Source: Isurus oxyrinchus
Lineage: Eukaryota
Reading direction: 5' to 3'
Assembly (NCBI GenBank): GCA_026770705.1
Contig: JANJGN010000017.1
Span: 57,598,001-57,662,000, forward strand
DNA length: 64,000 bases
Below, piece after piece: positions 11,540 through 23,409 of the stretch; the first letter of the stretch is position 1, and every line of letters begins with the position of its first letter. The notes beneath the pieces were generated by a model. That model did no database searches and was not told the origin of the DNA. It saw only the letters and a list, made by a program, of their open reading frames with translations. Made by a program: the position numbers and the translations under genes.

Positions 11540-14360
11540 GGGGTGAGAAATTAGGCTCATCAGCCATTTTTAGGGCATTACAAGCCTTAGAGCTACAAAA
11601 TGACATCTGCAGAACACTTGCACAATTCTGGGATGAAGCACACCAGCTATCATATTGGTGAAGGAATCAGTTGCAAGTAGTGAGCATCGCTGGAAGTATG
11701 CAGGGAAGGCAGATCATGAAGTCAGGAAGTCCTGACTGTGGACTGTACCATCTCAGCATGGGAGGAAGCAGTCTGGGTTGGGTGGCTGACAGTCAATATC
11801 ACTGGAAGAGTGGCAGGGCACAAAATATCTTCCTGAGAGAAGACAGCAGCTTCTTGCTCCATGGAGTCATTGCCACTACCCTGTGGCAGTGCCTCTGAAA
11901 TATTAGTAATCTGTTGGCAGATAGATTGCCTTGATACCCTGCAAGCCCCTTTGCACACTTTCATCCACAGCCATGATGGCAACAGCCTGAGCTTGCAAGG
12001 CAGCATGCTCACACAACTTCAGGTTAAACTTCCACTGCAGCATTCATGTGTTGTGTGGCTGCTGCTTGTGCTAGAATAGAAGCTGTGACATCACCCACAT
12101 CATGGCTGGGTCCACAAGTGTGCGAATGGATTTGGCCACCACTTCCATGCTGGATAGGATGGGCTCCAAGCTCTGAGAAAAGCCAATTTGGAGCTGGATT
12201 CCTCCATCCTTCTTGACACTGTCTGCAGACTTTCTGGCAAGCTATCTAGTGCATCAAGCGTTTTGTTGTGCATACCCAACAGCGTTCTCCTCTGGGTTAT
12301 CCCTTCAAAGTCCTCATCCCAGAACTGTGCAAAGTCCTCTGCAGCAGAATCTGTTTGCAACCTCACCTTCTGGCGAGTTGACACCTGCACTAACTTTGTT
12401 CCTTACTCTAGGTATAGCCCACTCACGCTCAGTGTCTCATCATATGCAGATCCCACCTCTAAGCCATCTGCTGAGGTTAGTATCTGAGCTGGTGGCTACT
12501 AAAATGAAATCAAGTGACATTGCTGTGTCTTCATCATCACTCTCTTCTTGGTGATCCCCCTATGCCTGGTCAGTTTGCACCTCTTGGCTGTTTGAAAAGA
12601 AAAAAAGCAAAAGTATAAAATTATGGTGTATGGGGGAGGGGGTTAGTAAGAAGTGCATGCTTACACCATCAGCACCTTAGGATAAATCAGAAGAGAGTGT
12701 GGGATGAGGAGGAAGTGGGATATGAGAAGGAAGATTAGATACAAGAATATGGCCATCTTCAATGGTTTCAGCCATGTCCTGGCCATAGCCTGGGCAATGG
12801 ACATTCCAACAATGGAGGTCAAAGTTTTGACATGCAGTTGTACCTGTCCCCTCTGGTTAGCTCCTGCTTCTTATAGTTGTACACCACCTTGGACTGCAAG
12901 AGAGAGGCAAATGTGAGTGAATGTCATCCAATCTATTGAGCTGATGTGGCTATCATGGTTGAGCAGCTGGCATTGTATGTCAGCTGTGAGATGCCAGTGT
13001 GAGACTTGTAGTCATGCTAAATGTGAGAGGGTAAGGTGAAGCTTATGAATAAGACCATAAGACGTTGGATCAGAAATAGGCCATTCGGCCCATTGAGTCT
13101 GCTCTGCCATTCAATGAGATCATGGTTGATCTGATAATCCTCAACTCCACTTTCCTGCCTTTTCCCCATAACCCTCGATTCCCTTACTGATTAAAAATCT
13201 GTCTATCTCAGCCTTGAATATAGTTAACGAGCCAGGCTCTACAGCCCTCTGCGATAAAGAATTCCACAGATTGACTACCCTCTGAGAGAAGAAATTCCTC
13301 TTCATTTCTGTTTTAAATGGGCATCCCCGTACTCTGAGATTATGCCCTCTGGTCGTAGACTCTCCCACAAGGGGAAACAATCTCTCAGCATCTACCCTGT
13401 CAAGCCCCCTAAGAATCTTATATATTTCAATAAGGTCACCTATCTTTCTTCTAAACTCCAATGAGTGCAGGCCCAACCTACTCAACCTCTCCTCATAAGA
13501 AAATCCTTCCATCCCCTGGATCAACCTAGTAAACCTTTTCTGTTCTGCCTCCAATGCCAGTATATCTTTCCTTAGATAAGGTAACCAAAACTGTTCATAG
13601 TATTCTAGGTGTGGTCTAACTAGTGTATGATATATGCTAGTACATACAATATGTGGTATATGGTATGATATATGGTAGCAAATGCTAGGTATGAGAACAG
13701 GTTGACAGAGATCATTGGTAGATGAGTGAAGTGGGTATGGTGATTTGAGCAGTGTCTGAGGCTAGTGCTGTATAGTTGGTTGCATATGGCATTTGCAGAT
13801 GCATTCTCTGATCTTGACCACTCATATGAGGTTACTGAACCTTTTTCAACACTGCATCCATGTCCTCAGGGCTTGGCTCCTAATATTGACCTCCACTGCT
13901 ATCTGCTCCCACTCCCTTTTAAGCCTGCATCTGCAGGGCCCTCCTGGTCCCATGCAATCTCTCTTACTTTACATCTCCACCACCAAAGGCCTACAGTATA
14001 GTGCTCAGTACAATATAGAAAACTATTGATTCTGCACTCTCCCATGTTGAGCCATTCTTCAGATTCACTTTCTGCACATCTGCCAGAATGTGCCCCGGCC
14101 ACAAAGCACTTCCCTTTTAAGAGGTGCAGGCTAGCTTTAAGCAGTGCAGGTTAGTTTGCAGCGGTGCTAACAAGTTATGATTTTAGGTCCCCAGCTGACA
14201 CGTTCAACCAATGAACAGCACGGTTAACTCTGGCTGCATGCAGAAATCTTTCAAATGAGCAGGCAGCATACAGTTGGTGTGCTGCCTACATTACATTGAA
14301 AGGGCATAGGTTATTCGCAAATCGTCATCCTGTTTTTGGTGTTTATCTAATTTAGCATTC
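11540..14360 (-). mobile_element. Older Harbinger-family remnant carrying a Myb/SANT gene
   Basis: Minus strand about 14055-13815 reads REWEQIAVEVNIRSQALRTWMQC*KRFSNL; second exon SKVVYNYKKQELTRG after acceptor near 12895; termini uncertain. Confidence 0.6.
13050..13626 (-). mobile_element. CR1 LINE 3' fragment with open ORF2 C-terminus
   Basis: ORF 13141-13554 YEERLSRLGLHSLE ... TRGHNLRV ... RNFFSQRVVNLWNSL; lies in an intron of the Myb remnant. Confidence 0.92.
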
Positions 14361-14599
14361 TGAAGATTTTTAGGCTATTTCACCACTGGGCATCATGGTT
14401 AACTCTAACCCTATCATCACCCAATGCTCAGGGATGACTAGGTAACACAGCAGAAAATGTGGCTGATTTTTCCTTTTTTTAGCACATGGACTTTGAGACC
14501 AATCCTGTTGGCCCAATTGTTTCTCTCCTCCCCTCCATTTTGGCTGATTTCTGCTAATGCAACATAGACTATCAATCTGTGATCTGCTTAATTATTTTT

Positions 14600-14720
14600 C
14601 CTTCATTCTCTGGATATGGGTGCCACTGTCAAGCACAATATTTATTGCCCAACCCTTGAGAAGGTGATGGTGTGCCTTCTTGAATCATTCCAGTCCATGT
14701 GATTTAAGTTACTTCCACAC
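14600..14720 (-). mobile_element. Degraded CR1/L2-group LINE tail
   Basis: atttattgcccaacccttgagaaggtgatgg matches reverse complement of the shared tail. Confidence 0.6.
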
Positions 14721-14778
14721 GGAGTTGAGCATTTATGCACTAAGACATTAGGAAAACTGATCTATTATGCAAATTATA

Positions 14779-15341
14779 GGGGAGGCGGTGGTGTAGTGGT
14801 ATTGTTGCTGGACTAGTAATCCAGAGACCCAGGGTAAATCTGGAGACCCAGGTTCGAATTCTGCCATAGCACATTGTGGAATCTGATTCCAATAAAAATA
14901 TGGAATTAAAAGTCTAATGATGACTGTTAAACCATTGCCAATTGTTGTAAAAACCTATCTGGTTCACTAATGTCGTTTAGGGAAGAAAATCTGCTGTCCT
15001 TACCTGGTCTGGCCTACATGTGACTCCAGACCCACAGCAATGCAGTTGACTTTTAATTGCCCTCTGAAATGGGCTAGCAAGCCACTCAGTTGTATCAAAC
15101 CGTTATGAAGTCTAAAAGGAATGAAACCGGACGGACCACACAACATCAATCTAGGCATTGGAAAAGACAACAGGAAACTAAATATATCACCATTCCTTCA
15201 CTGTCGCTGAGTCAAATTCCTGGAACTCCCTTCCTCACAGCACTGTGGGTGTACCTATACCACATGGACTGCACCACCACTTTCTCAAGGGCAACTAGGG
15301 ATGGCCCAGCCAGCAAAGCCCACATCCCGTGAAGAAAAAAA
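14779..15341 (+). mobile_element. tRNA-headed SINE-like element with LINE-derived tail
   Basis: A box TGGTGTAGTGG, B box GGTTCGAATTC; from about 15180 the same LINE tail as 51320-51522. Confidence 0.8.
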
Positions 15342-15485
15342 GTATCTAAAATAAACACTACCATGTAAAAAAAAAGTACAGAGCAAGTTAAGTGAATAAT
15401 TATTCCAATGAGCACAGAAAAGTTCAATTTTCATTTGTAAAACAATAGCAGATTGCCACTTGCGTGAAGATATGGTTCAGACAAT

Positions 15486-15940
15486 GGCCTTGATTTTTTA
15501 CCCATCCAATGGGCAGGGGAGGGTTGGGAAGTTGGTTAAAATATCAGGGTCCATTTTTGACTATCTAAATCTTTACAAACCCAAATCTGGCCATTGACAA
15601 GGCTGCCGCAAAAGGCAGGCAGAAGCCTAATTAACATTCAAAGGTTGCGGCTGATATCAGCACCGCAACTTTAATTTAACTGTAGGCTGGGGGAAGCTGA
15701 CACTGTTGTCACTGTCCCTTATCCCCCGGTACTCCCCACCCCTAACCACAGCCTGGAGCTTTTGGCAAACTCCGCCCCACCCCCACCCCCCCACCACCAT
15801 CACCCCCAACAAAGAAGCTAGCATGCTAGCATCTTCTAGAAACCATCCTACCATTCATCCCGGTGGACATTTTGTGGGTTGGGTGAGATCCCTAATTTGC
15901 CTACCATCGGCAGTCACCACTCAGACTTGATCCTGGCCCA
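15486..15940. mobile_element. Degraded Harbinger-type MITE
   Basis: ggccttgatttt start, GC-rich interior; right end uncertain. Confidence 0.35.
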
Positions 15941-16309
15941 CACCTCCAGGTGGTGCCACTCGTCAACAGTGTTGGAAAGGTAAACCTCCTCTGATTATAA
16001 ATGTTTTACTCCTCACCTATATTCACAGTTCAATATGCCCATTTGCATAAAAAGCTTACATTTTCCCAAACCAATAAAAACACTTCTTTCACTGTTTCTG
16101 AGAAAAATTCACACAAACATCTTTCCCATTTTTGAGCCCCTCTCCCTAAGCATTAGCAGAATTACCTCACCACAGAACAACATCTAACAGACCATTTGCA
16201 ATTCCATGAGATGCATTAGTAGCAACAACATACTCAGCACATTCTAGCACATTGATAGAAAACCCCCAGCCACAGCCTGGCATAGAAATCAAAATAATCA
16301 ATGTGAGAT

Positions 16310-16640
16310 ATGGCTGTGAGCTATCATGCAGGTTCCAGATTCAATCACTTCTTTATTCTAAGTCAATCGATTTAAGCCAATTAACACTGGAGATGTTATG
16401 ATTAGTCTCAACCTACCCCAGATTGAAGAAATAAAATGGCCAGGGCTCACACTTCCAACCTCTATCCAATGACTCCTTCCAGAAGAATACATCAGGTTGG
16501 GCTCCAATATTACTCATGTTCAAATACTCCATTAATGATCACTGGATATTAATAATATCTAGGTATATAGCATTGAGGTGTTGCAGACATTTTTGTCTGT
16601 GAAACTATACCCAAGTGCAATTCAGTATCTTGAAGAAGAA
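16310..16640 (+). mobile_element. Ancient SINE remnant
   Basis: Degenerate B-box-like ggttccagattcaatc; weak similarity to the reverse complement of 14380-14570. Confidence 0.3.
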
Positions 16641-16749
16641 AAGAATTATGTTGGAAAAACTCAGCTCATGAGGTTCCAAGAAGAAGGAAGATCTTATTTT
16701 ATATGAAGACTGATGGTATGGCATTTATCTGACTCAAATGGCTTAATTA

Positions 16750-16975
16750 GATCAGTTATAGTACATAAGAAAGCCATTCAGTCCATCAAGCCAGTGTCGA
16801 TTCTCTGTAAGAGCAATTTAACTAGTCCCACTCCTCTGCCCTTTCCCCATAGCCTTGCAAGTATTTCCCTACAGCTTCCCATCCAATTTCCTCCTGAAAG
16901 CCATGATTAAATCTGCCTCCATCACTCTCCCAAGTGGTGCATTGCAGATCCCAACCACCCACTGCGCGAAAAGGC
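16750..16975 (-). mobile_element. CR1 LINE 3' fragment
   Basis: gccattcagtccatcaag ... ttccccatagcc ... cagatcccaaccacccactg, reverse of CR1 3' end. Confidence 0.7.
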
Positions 16976-18296
16976 TTAATTCTACTAAAGTAGAAATTGC
17001 AATCTTACTTTGTGGTCTGATGGACTTTACATAAAGGAGTCAGCTTCACTGTGGAGCTCAATGATATTAAGCAATGATCCAAAATGATCAAGTCCCACGC
17101 CTGTACCTCAAAACAGCACTGAGGCCACCCAGCTCCAAATACACATGGGCAAAACATAGAATCAAAGAAACAATGGCATGGAAATGAGGCCATTCAGCCT
17201 GTAGGGCCAGCACTGGTATGCACACCCTGTGTGTGAAAATTGCAATCGGGATCTTACAAATATCAGACTAACCCCATTTGCATAGTTAAGCACCATCCCA
17301 CCTGTTACAGGCAGGCTAGCTGTTCACCTATTTACAAGCCCAAGGAACTACATCTGGCAGGCCTTGGGCTTCAATGGAGCAGCCAAGGTGCCCAGTTGTT
17401 AATTGCTGGCTTCCCATTTTTCAGATGAGAAATAGAAGAGCTGCAGTTTTAAAAAAAATTGCCTTCCCCACCCCCCAGTGTACATGGCTAAGTTTGTACT
17501 CAGCTCAATACATGACACCTCTAAAGCACCATACGCACAAAAGGCATTTTATGTTGCCTTTTGTTTCATCAGTGAACCACATTTAAGTACGAAGAGCAGG
17601 CTGTCTTATTTAATTGTGGCCTTTCCTTGCACTAAGCCCTTGGGAAATGTCAGTTGGCAGCTGTATTGTGCCACACCAAGCCTTTCTGAGATATCTATCC
17701 TCCCAAATATAAACTTAATTTCGATTACTAGCGTAATGTCCAAAGTCTGCTGTTCACTTGTTCACTCCAACAAACATCCTGAGGTTTTACTTCTCATCAA
17801 TCATCCAAAACCCCACTTACATCACCAGCTTTTCTTTTTGCAAATGACTAAGGGTGGAATTTTCGGTGCCCGTTGGCATTGGGTGTCATGGTGGACGTGA
17901 GCGGACAATATGGCGGGAAGGCCAAAAATTAGTTTCACGCCGTTGTGAAACTAGTTTGCAATCGTCCGCTCCGCCCACCAGTGGCAGGCCAGGTTTCCCG
18001 CAGCCGCACGTCAGGGACTTCATTTTAATATATCTGCATATCATTCTAAGCCCAGCTCGCTGGAATCATCCCCTCATGCTGGATCATCTGGGCACGTCAG
18101 TGTGATGGCAAGCCGCCGTGTTTCACAACAGCAGCTATAAGGCATGCACCTGACGAACTGCACTTCGAGGGGAACTCGGAGGTCAGTGCACAGTCATGTT
18201 GCTACCCTGTTGGGCTTCAAGGTTGAGATGCCGCACATTCAGGCAAGGGCATAGGCAAGTCGTTTTTCCCAGCTGGCTGACTGTGCGGTGCCAAGG

Positions 18297-18501
18297 CAAG
18301 GGCTGCACTGCGGTTGGGGTGAGTTGGAGGGGGCAAGGGCTGCATTGCGGCTGGGGCGAGTTGTGGGGGCCAAGGGCTGCACTGCAATTCGGGTGAGTTG
18401 GGGGGACAAGGGCTGCGTTGCCGCTGGGGCGAGTTGTGGGGGCCAAGGGCTGCACTGTGGTTGGGCGAGTTCTGGGGGGTGGCAAAGGCTGCACTGCAGT
18501 T
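18297..18501. repeat. G-rich ~37-bp minisatellite, about 5.5 copies
   Basis: caagggctgc-like starts at 18297, 18334, 18371, 18407, 18444, 18483. Confidence 0.9.
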
Positions 18502-18697
18502 GATGGTGATGCACAAGTACATGCGGGCAGCGGGTTGGGGGAGAAGCAGCCACGCATTAGGGAAACCTTGTTTAATGAAGCCAGTCCTCCACAGCTGAGG
18601 CAGTTCGGATGCAGCCACATTGACATGCATGGAGTCGGACTTCTAGCTTATCTGCCCACTCAAGCAAAGCAGAGGCCTCAAAGTGCTACCAAGTGCT

Positions 18698-20289
18698 CGT
18701 TATGCCACAGCCGATGGTAAATGCTAAGCTGCTCAAATCCCAAAGAGAAACTTGAAACTTCTGCCACCAATGTTTTGCAATTTGTATATTTCGAGATGCG
18801 TGCCTTCAATTCAGTAGTAATAAGTCCACCAAGTCTTATAGGTTTCTTAAAAATCTAAATTAAACCATTATTAAATAAATAAAAAATGATTTTAAGCACA
18901 TACATAGGTTTACAAATTATTACTATAATAACTTCTCGCTCCCCTGATTAATTTCACTCCAAATAACACCTCAGTTAAGGAAACAGTAAAAACACATAGA
19001 TTTTAAAAGATTCAGGCACTGAGCAGTCGAATTCAAAATGAGTTTTCTTAACTTCAGTTCTTGCAGACAGCAGTTTGGGCACAGAGGCTGGAGGCTTTTC
19101 AGATTTTTTATATATTAGAACACCTTCCCTTGCACACAGCCTTCTCTCCTTCATACATATTTTCCCCTGCGAATGCAAATTCCCATTGTTTCACTGTGTC
19201 TTTGGACTTTACTTCTCTAATAATAATAATCTATCAAAGCACCAATTTTACCAGTAATCTTTGGAAAAATAAACACACTGGGCTGAATTTGCTGTCAGTG
19301 AGCACGGGGTGGGACCCGCTCGCCGACACGTAAAATGACGCGGAATGACGTCGGGGGGGAACCCACAACGTCATCTCGCCCCAGTTAAATTTTCAGAAAG
19401 GTGGGCCAGCAGCAAAATCAGCTGCAGGCCCGCCGACATGTCAATGGCCAAATGAGGCCATTGATAGGATCATTGAAACAATTAAAGGACCTGCCCGTCC
19501 AACCTTAAGGTTGGCGAGCAGGTCAGGTGCTCCGGCGGGCAATAGAAAAAACATGAAACCTCATCCACTGGCAGGATGAGGTTTCATGTAGGGATTTTAA
19601 AAGTTTAATAAAGTTTTAAATTTATGAACATGTCCCATCTCATGTGACATTGTCACATGAGGGGGACATGTTAAGGATTTTCTTTTCTACCTTTAACATT
19701 TTTAAAACTGTCAGCGATTTCTCTGAGGCAGCACTTAGCCTCAGGGAGATGTGCACTCTTTAGTTCGCATGCGCGAAAATGCACGCTCTCGCTTTTGGGG
19801 AATTCCCGCCCCCCGCTCGCACAGGGAGCACATAGCGCTTCCCGGCGGACGTCACGCTGGGCGGGCCTTAATTGGCCCACCCACATAATATGGCGGCGGG
19901 GCCCACTTCTCCGGCGGGGATTGGCTCCCCGCCCGTCGGAGATTGGGTTGGGCCTGCCCGCCCGGTAGGCAGAAAATTCTGCCCACTATTTCTTAACTTC
20001 TCCTGGCTAGGTGGAACATTTCACTCCATCTTTTGAATTCAAGATAATCTGGTTTATTTAAAACTACAAATATTCCCTTTACACTTCACGTTCTAAAACT
20101 TCAACTATGTTTACCTACTTGGCATTTCAAACCTAGTTTCCCATTTGCTACATCAAAGCACCCAGACCAGCTGTCTCTAATTCAATTAAAACACGCACGC
20201 ATGCATGCACGCAAACACAGACCCTACTATCACTGTACTTTACAACAAAGTCCAAATAACATTATGAAAATTATTATATCTTCCTGATA
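18698..20289 (-). mobile_element. Solo LTR related to the Gmr1-type LTRs at 48694 and 59106
   Basis: Start cgttatgccacagccgatgg...caaatcccaaagagaaacttg resembles tgttacaactgcagc...caaatccaagagggaaatttg; flanks gtgct/gcgct; Harbinger sequence is continuous across it. Confidence 0.7.
19280..19984. mobile_element. Harbinger-type MITE (palindrome-rich family)
   Basis: GGGCTGAATTT / AAATTCTGCCC termini, perfect ACT TSD. Confidence 0.92.
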
Positions 20290-21094
20290 GCGCTCCAGAG
20301 CTTTTCACCCCTCGGGCACAGACTGCAAACAAATGAGCGTTTTAGTGGACTGCAGAACAACAAGACGACTGGGAACATTGTACAATCTCCTTGCAAAATC
20401 TGGCCATCGAGCAGTCATTGGTGAGGTGCTCACAGCCCCTTGTAATGTCATCATTCAGGTTTGGACTAGTCTCCTCCATGGTTCAAGCTAACAGCGCTGC
20501 CTTGCAGTGTGAGTTAGGAAAATGCCTGCGTCTGAGCTAAGAGCACAGCATGCAGTCCAGTGGGCAAAACTACCACCAATCGGGCAGGTGGAGTGAGGCG
20601 GAGTGAGGCAGCCATGCAGCGCACTAAACTCTAGCCATCAAAGTGGTGGCCAGCACTCTCTGGGATGCGTTCAGGCACCTTCAAACTTAACCAAGAGAGG
20701 TTCTTAGTACAGGCAAGCTAACCATCGCATCCCTATCTTGCATCCTGCAGGAGGAGTACTTCAGGAGCATGGAGCCTGATGACCTAGCTATCTGCCTCAT
20801 GGCTTACAGAGAGCAGAGATGAAGGAGAAGAGAGCAATGGAGGTACCTAGCTAGGCAGAGGGAGGAGCAGCACCCTCAGAAAAAGAGGGTGACAGGGGCT
20901 CCCATGCATGCTGCTGAAGAGCTACAGCAAGCCTTTGCTGGTCGGTGCCTAGCTGGACTGAGGGTCTATGAATCGTTCCTGTCATTCTTGCAGATGACCA
21001 GGAATCAATGTCGCTGATGACTGCGCATGTCCAGAGAACTGGTTGGTCATATCTGCCAACTGCTGTTGGATTTGGCGTCACGGGGATGTGGATG

Positions 21095-21665
21095 ACCCGA
21101 CATCGATTTTGCGCACTGCAATGCTGAGCGCTGCTGGGGTGCAGGGGAGGGCAAGTGCAGAATTTCGTGCATACGCACAAGTGTGCGTAATGAAAGCTCC
21201 CTGAGGCACAGAGCTGCCTCAGGGATCTGAAGATTTAAAAAATCAGAAACAAAAAAAATCACCACTGTTATAAACATGTTCCCTCGTGTGACTCTGTCAC
21301 GTGAGCAGGGTCATGTTATGAATTAATTTTAAAAATTTTTATTAAATTTTTAATTGCCGTTGGAAACTGCATCCCGCCCATAGATGAAGTTTCCTAAAAA
21401 GTCCAAAGGCCGCTTGGCCTTTTCATCTGCCCGTCAACTGTAAGGTTGGACGGGCAACGAAAAATTTCATTCAATTAGAACTTAATGGCCTTAATAGGCC
21501 TGTTAATTGTCAGCGGGCGCTTTGCCGATTACCACGTGCGCCCACTTACTGAAATATCACGTGAGTGCGTGATGACATCGGGGCACTCGCCCAACATCAT
21601 CATGCATCATTTTACATTTGAGCAGGTCGGGCACACGCCCGCCCACTCAGTACAAATTTCTGCCC
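21095..21665. mobile_element. Truncated copy of the palindrome-rich MITE
   Basis: Right TIR aaatttctgccc at 21665; same internal hairpins; left end deleted. Confidence 0.8.
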
Positions 21666-21872
21666 TTGGAAATATATTACCGTTCCTTCAATCCAGCTGG
21701 GTCAAAACCCTGGAACTCCTTCCCTAACAGCACTTTGGGCGTACCTACACCGCAGGGACTGCAGCGGTTCAAGAAGGCAGATCACCACCACCTTCTCAAG
21801 GATAATTAGGGTTGGGCAATAAATGCTGACCTAGCCAGCGATGTCCACATCCCATAATCAAATTTAAATAAA
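21666..21872 (+). mobile_element. CR1/L2-group LINE tail
   Basis: ttggaaatatattaccgttcc ... gggcaataaatgctgacctagccagcg. Confidence 0.85.
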
Positions 21873-23177
21873 TGGTCACGGGCGCCATCTTCACGAAGGC
21901 ATTGAACTTCGTGCATTTCACTCGGGATTAGGAAAGCCAGGAGGCAAGAGCACTGGGATTTGCCCAGATCTCAGGTTTCCCACTGGTGCAAGGTGCCATC
22001 CAATGTATTCATGTGGTGCTCAGATCTCCATGGCAACAAGCAGTCAACTACGTCAACCACAAGGACTTCCACTCGCTGAATGTTCAGCTGCAGGCAGAGC
22101 CTACATGTCTGCGCATGGTTCCAAGGGAGTGTCCATGACTCCTACATTCTCAGTAAGTCTCAGGTCCCTGACGTCTTCCAGGGTCCCGAGAGGCTGCAGG
22201 ATTGGCTCCCTGGAGACAAGGACTACCCACAGAGGACGTAGCTGATGACACCCATGCGGCGGCCTCAGAGTGCGGCAGAGAGAAGGTACAGTGAGACTCA
22301 TGCTGCAGTGCACACCTTCGTGGAGCAAACCTTCCGAATGTTGAAAATGAGGGTGCTGGACCGGTCTGTGGAGCCCTCCAGTATAATGCACAGAGGGTGT
22401 CACGCATCACTGTCACCTGCTGCGCCCTTTACAACCTGGCGCTGCAACGGGGAAAAGAGCTGACTGAGGAGGAGATGGAGGAACTGCAGGTCCTCTCCGA
22501 TGAGGAGGACATCGACAGGGATGAGGATGAAGAGGTCCTCGAAGACAAGCATGCCAGCGATGAGGCCGTCGCACTGGCCAGACAAGGCAGGCATGCTCAG
22601 GCGGCCCTCTTAGCTGCTAGGTTTGAGGAGGATGATGACGTAATGCAGTGTGGACACTCCATAGATCCTCACATAGCTTATGTGAATGTCTGACTCCTGT
22701 CTGGCTGATAGCACCCCACTTGCGCTCTGTGAACAGGGCTATAAAATGGAAATGCAGCGGGGAAACTTGAACTTCTCCTGATCCTATGGCATCCTTCATG
22801 AGCTGGATCCTTCAGGACCACACTGTCAATGGGCACAGATGCCGATGAGATGGGTGCCAGCCGCACCTCAAAGGTGCTGGGAGCACACAGAGAGAATGAT
22901 GGCCCAGGACATTCTGGTAGCAGTGATAAGCCCCATTGACGTGCAGGCATGACAGATGTGACCAGTGACAGTAAAAGCTGAGAAGATCACACAAAGCACA
23001 AGGAAGAGGCCCTGGACTGAGACACCTGCATTTATCTTGTGCAGGGACCAGGGTTTCACATCTGAGTGACACAAATACTGTTCATCAGAACAAGGAGCCA
23101 TAGGCAGAGAGACATTCTTGGGAGTTTAAAGAGAACATTATGTACAAGTGGTTAACATCCATACCCAGGCTGTGCAA

Positions 23178-23401
23178 GCCTAAATAGCCAAGTGGTTATG
23201 GTACTGGGTTTGCAACCCCAAGATCAAGAGTTCAAATCTCACAATGGCAAACTATGAAACAATGTAACTTCATCTGAAACAGATGGAAACGAGTTTGTAC
23301 TCGAAAGAAATCAAGAGTTCAAATCTCACAATGGCAAACTATGAAACAATGTAACGTCATCTGAAACAGATGGAAACGGGTTTGTACTCAAAAGAGTTAC
23401 A
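23178..23401 (+). mobile_element. Short tRNA(Thr-like)-derived SINE with 87-bp internal tandem duplication
   Basis: A box TAGCCAAGTGG, B box GAGTTCAAATC; repeat units start 23223 and 23310; absent from the homologous Harbinger site near 54905. Confidence 0.75.
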
Positions 23402-23409
23402 TTTCCTTA

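Larger units (their letters stand above)
20769..22650 (+). pseudogene. Harbinger (HARBI1-like) DDE transposase, interrupted
   Basis: SFLQMTRNQCR**LRMSRE; GFPLVQGAIQCIHV; FHSLNVQL; GSVHDSYIL; GDKDYP; FVEQTFRMLKMR; CCALYNLAL; acidic tail. Confidence 0.9.

Noticed and set aside
18183-18720. Cluster of overlapping ORFs on both strands
   Set aside because: Artefact of a GC-rich minisatellite lacking stop codons
23178-23250. Functional tRNA gene
   Set aside because: Acceptor and anticodon stems do not pair properly and it continues into a SINE-like tail; same for the head at 14779
23223-23400. 87-bp direct repeat as a CRISPR-like array
   Set aside because: Only two adjacent units, no spacers, no cas genes, vertebrate context
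23264-23400. Type III hammerhead ribozyme in the SINE tail
   Set aside because: Similar topology but the CUGANGA box is replaced by GGAAAC
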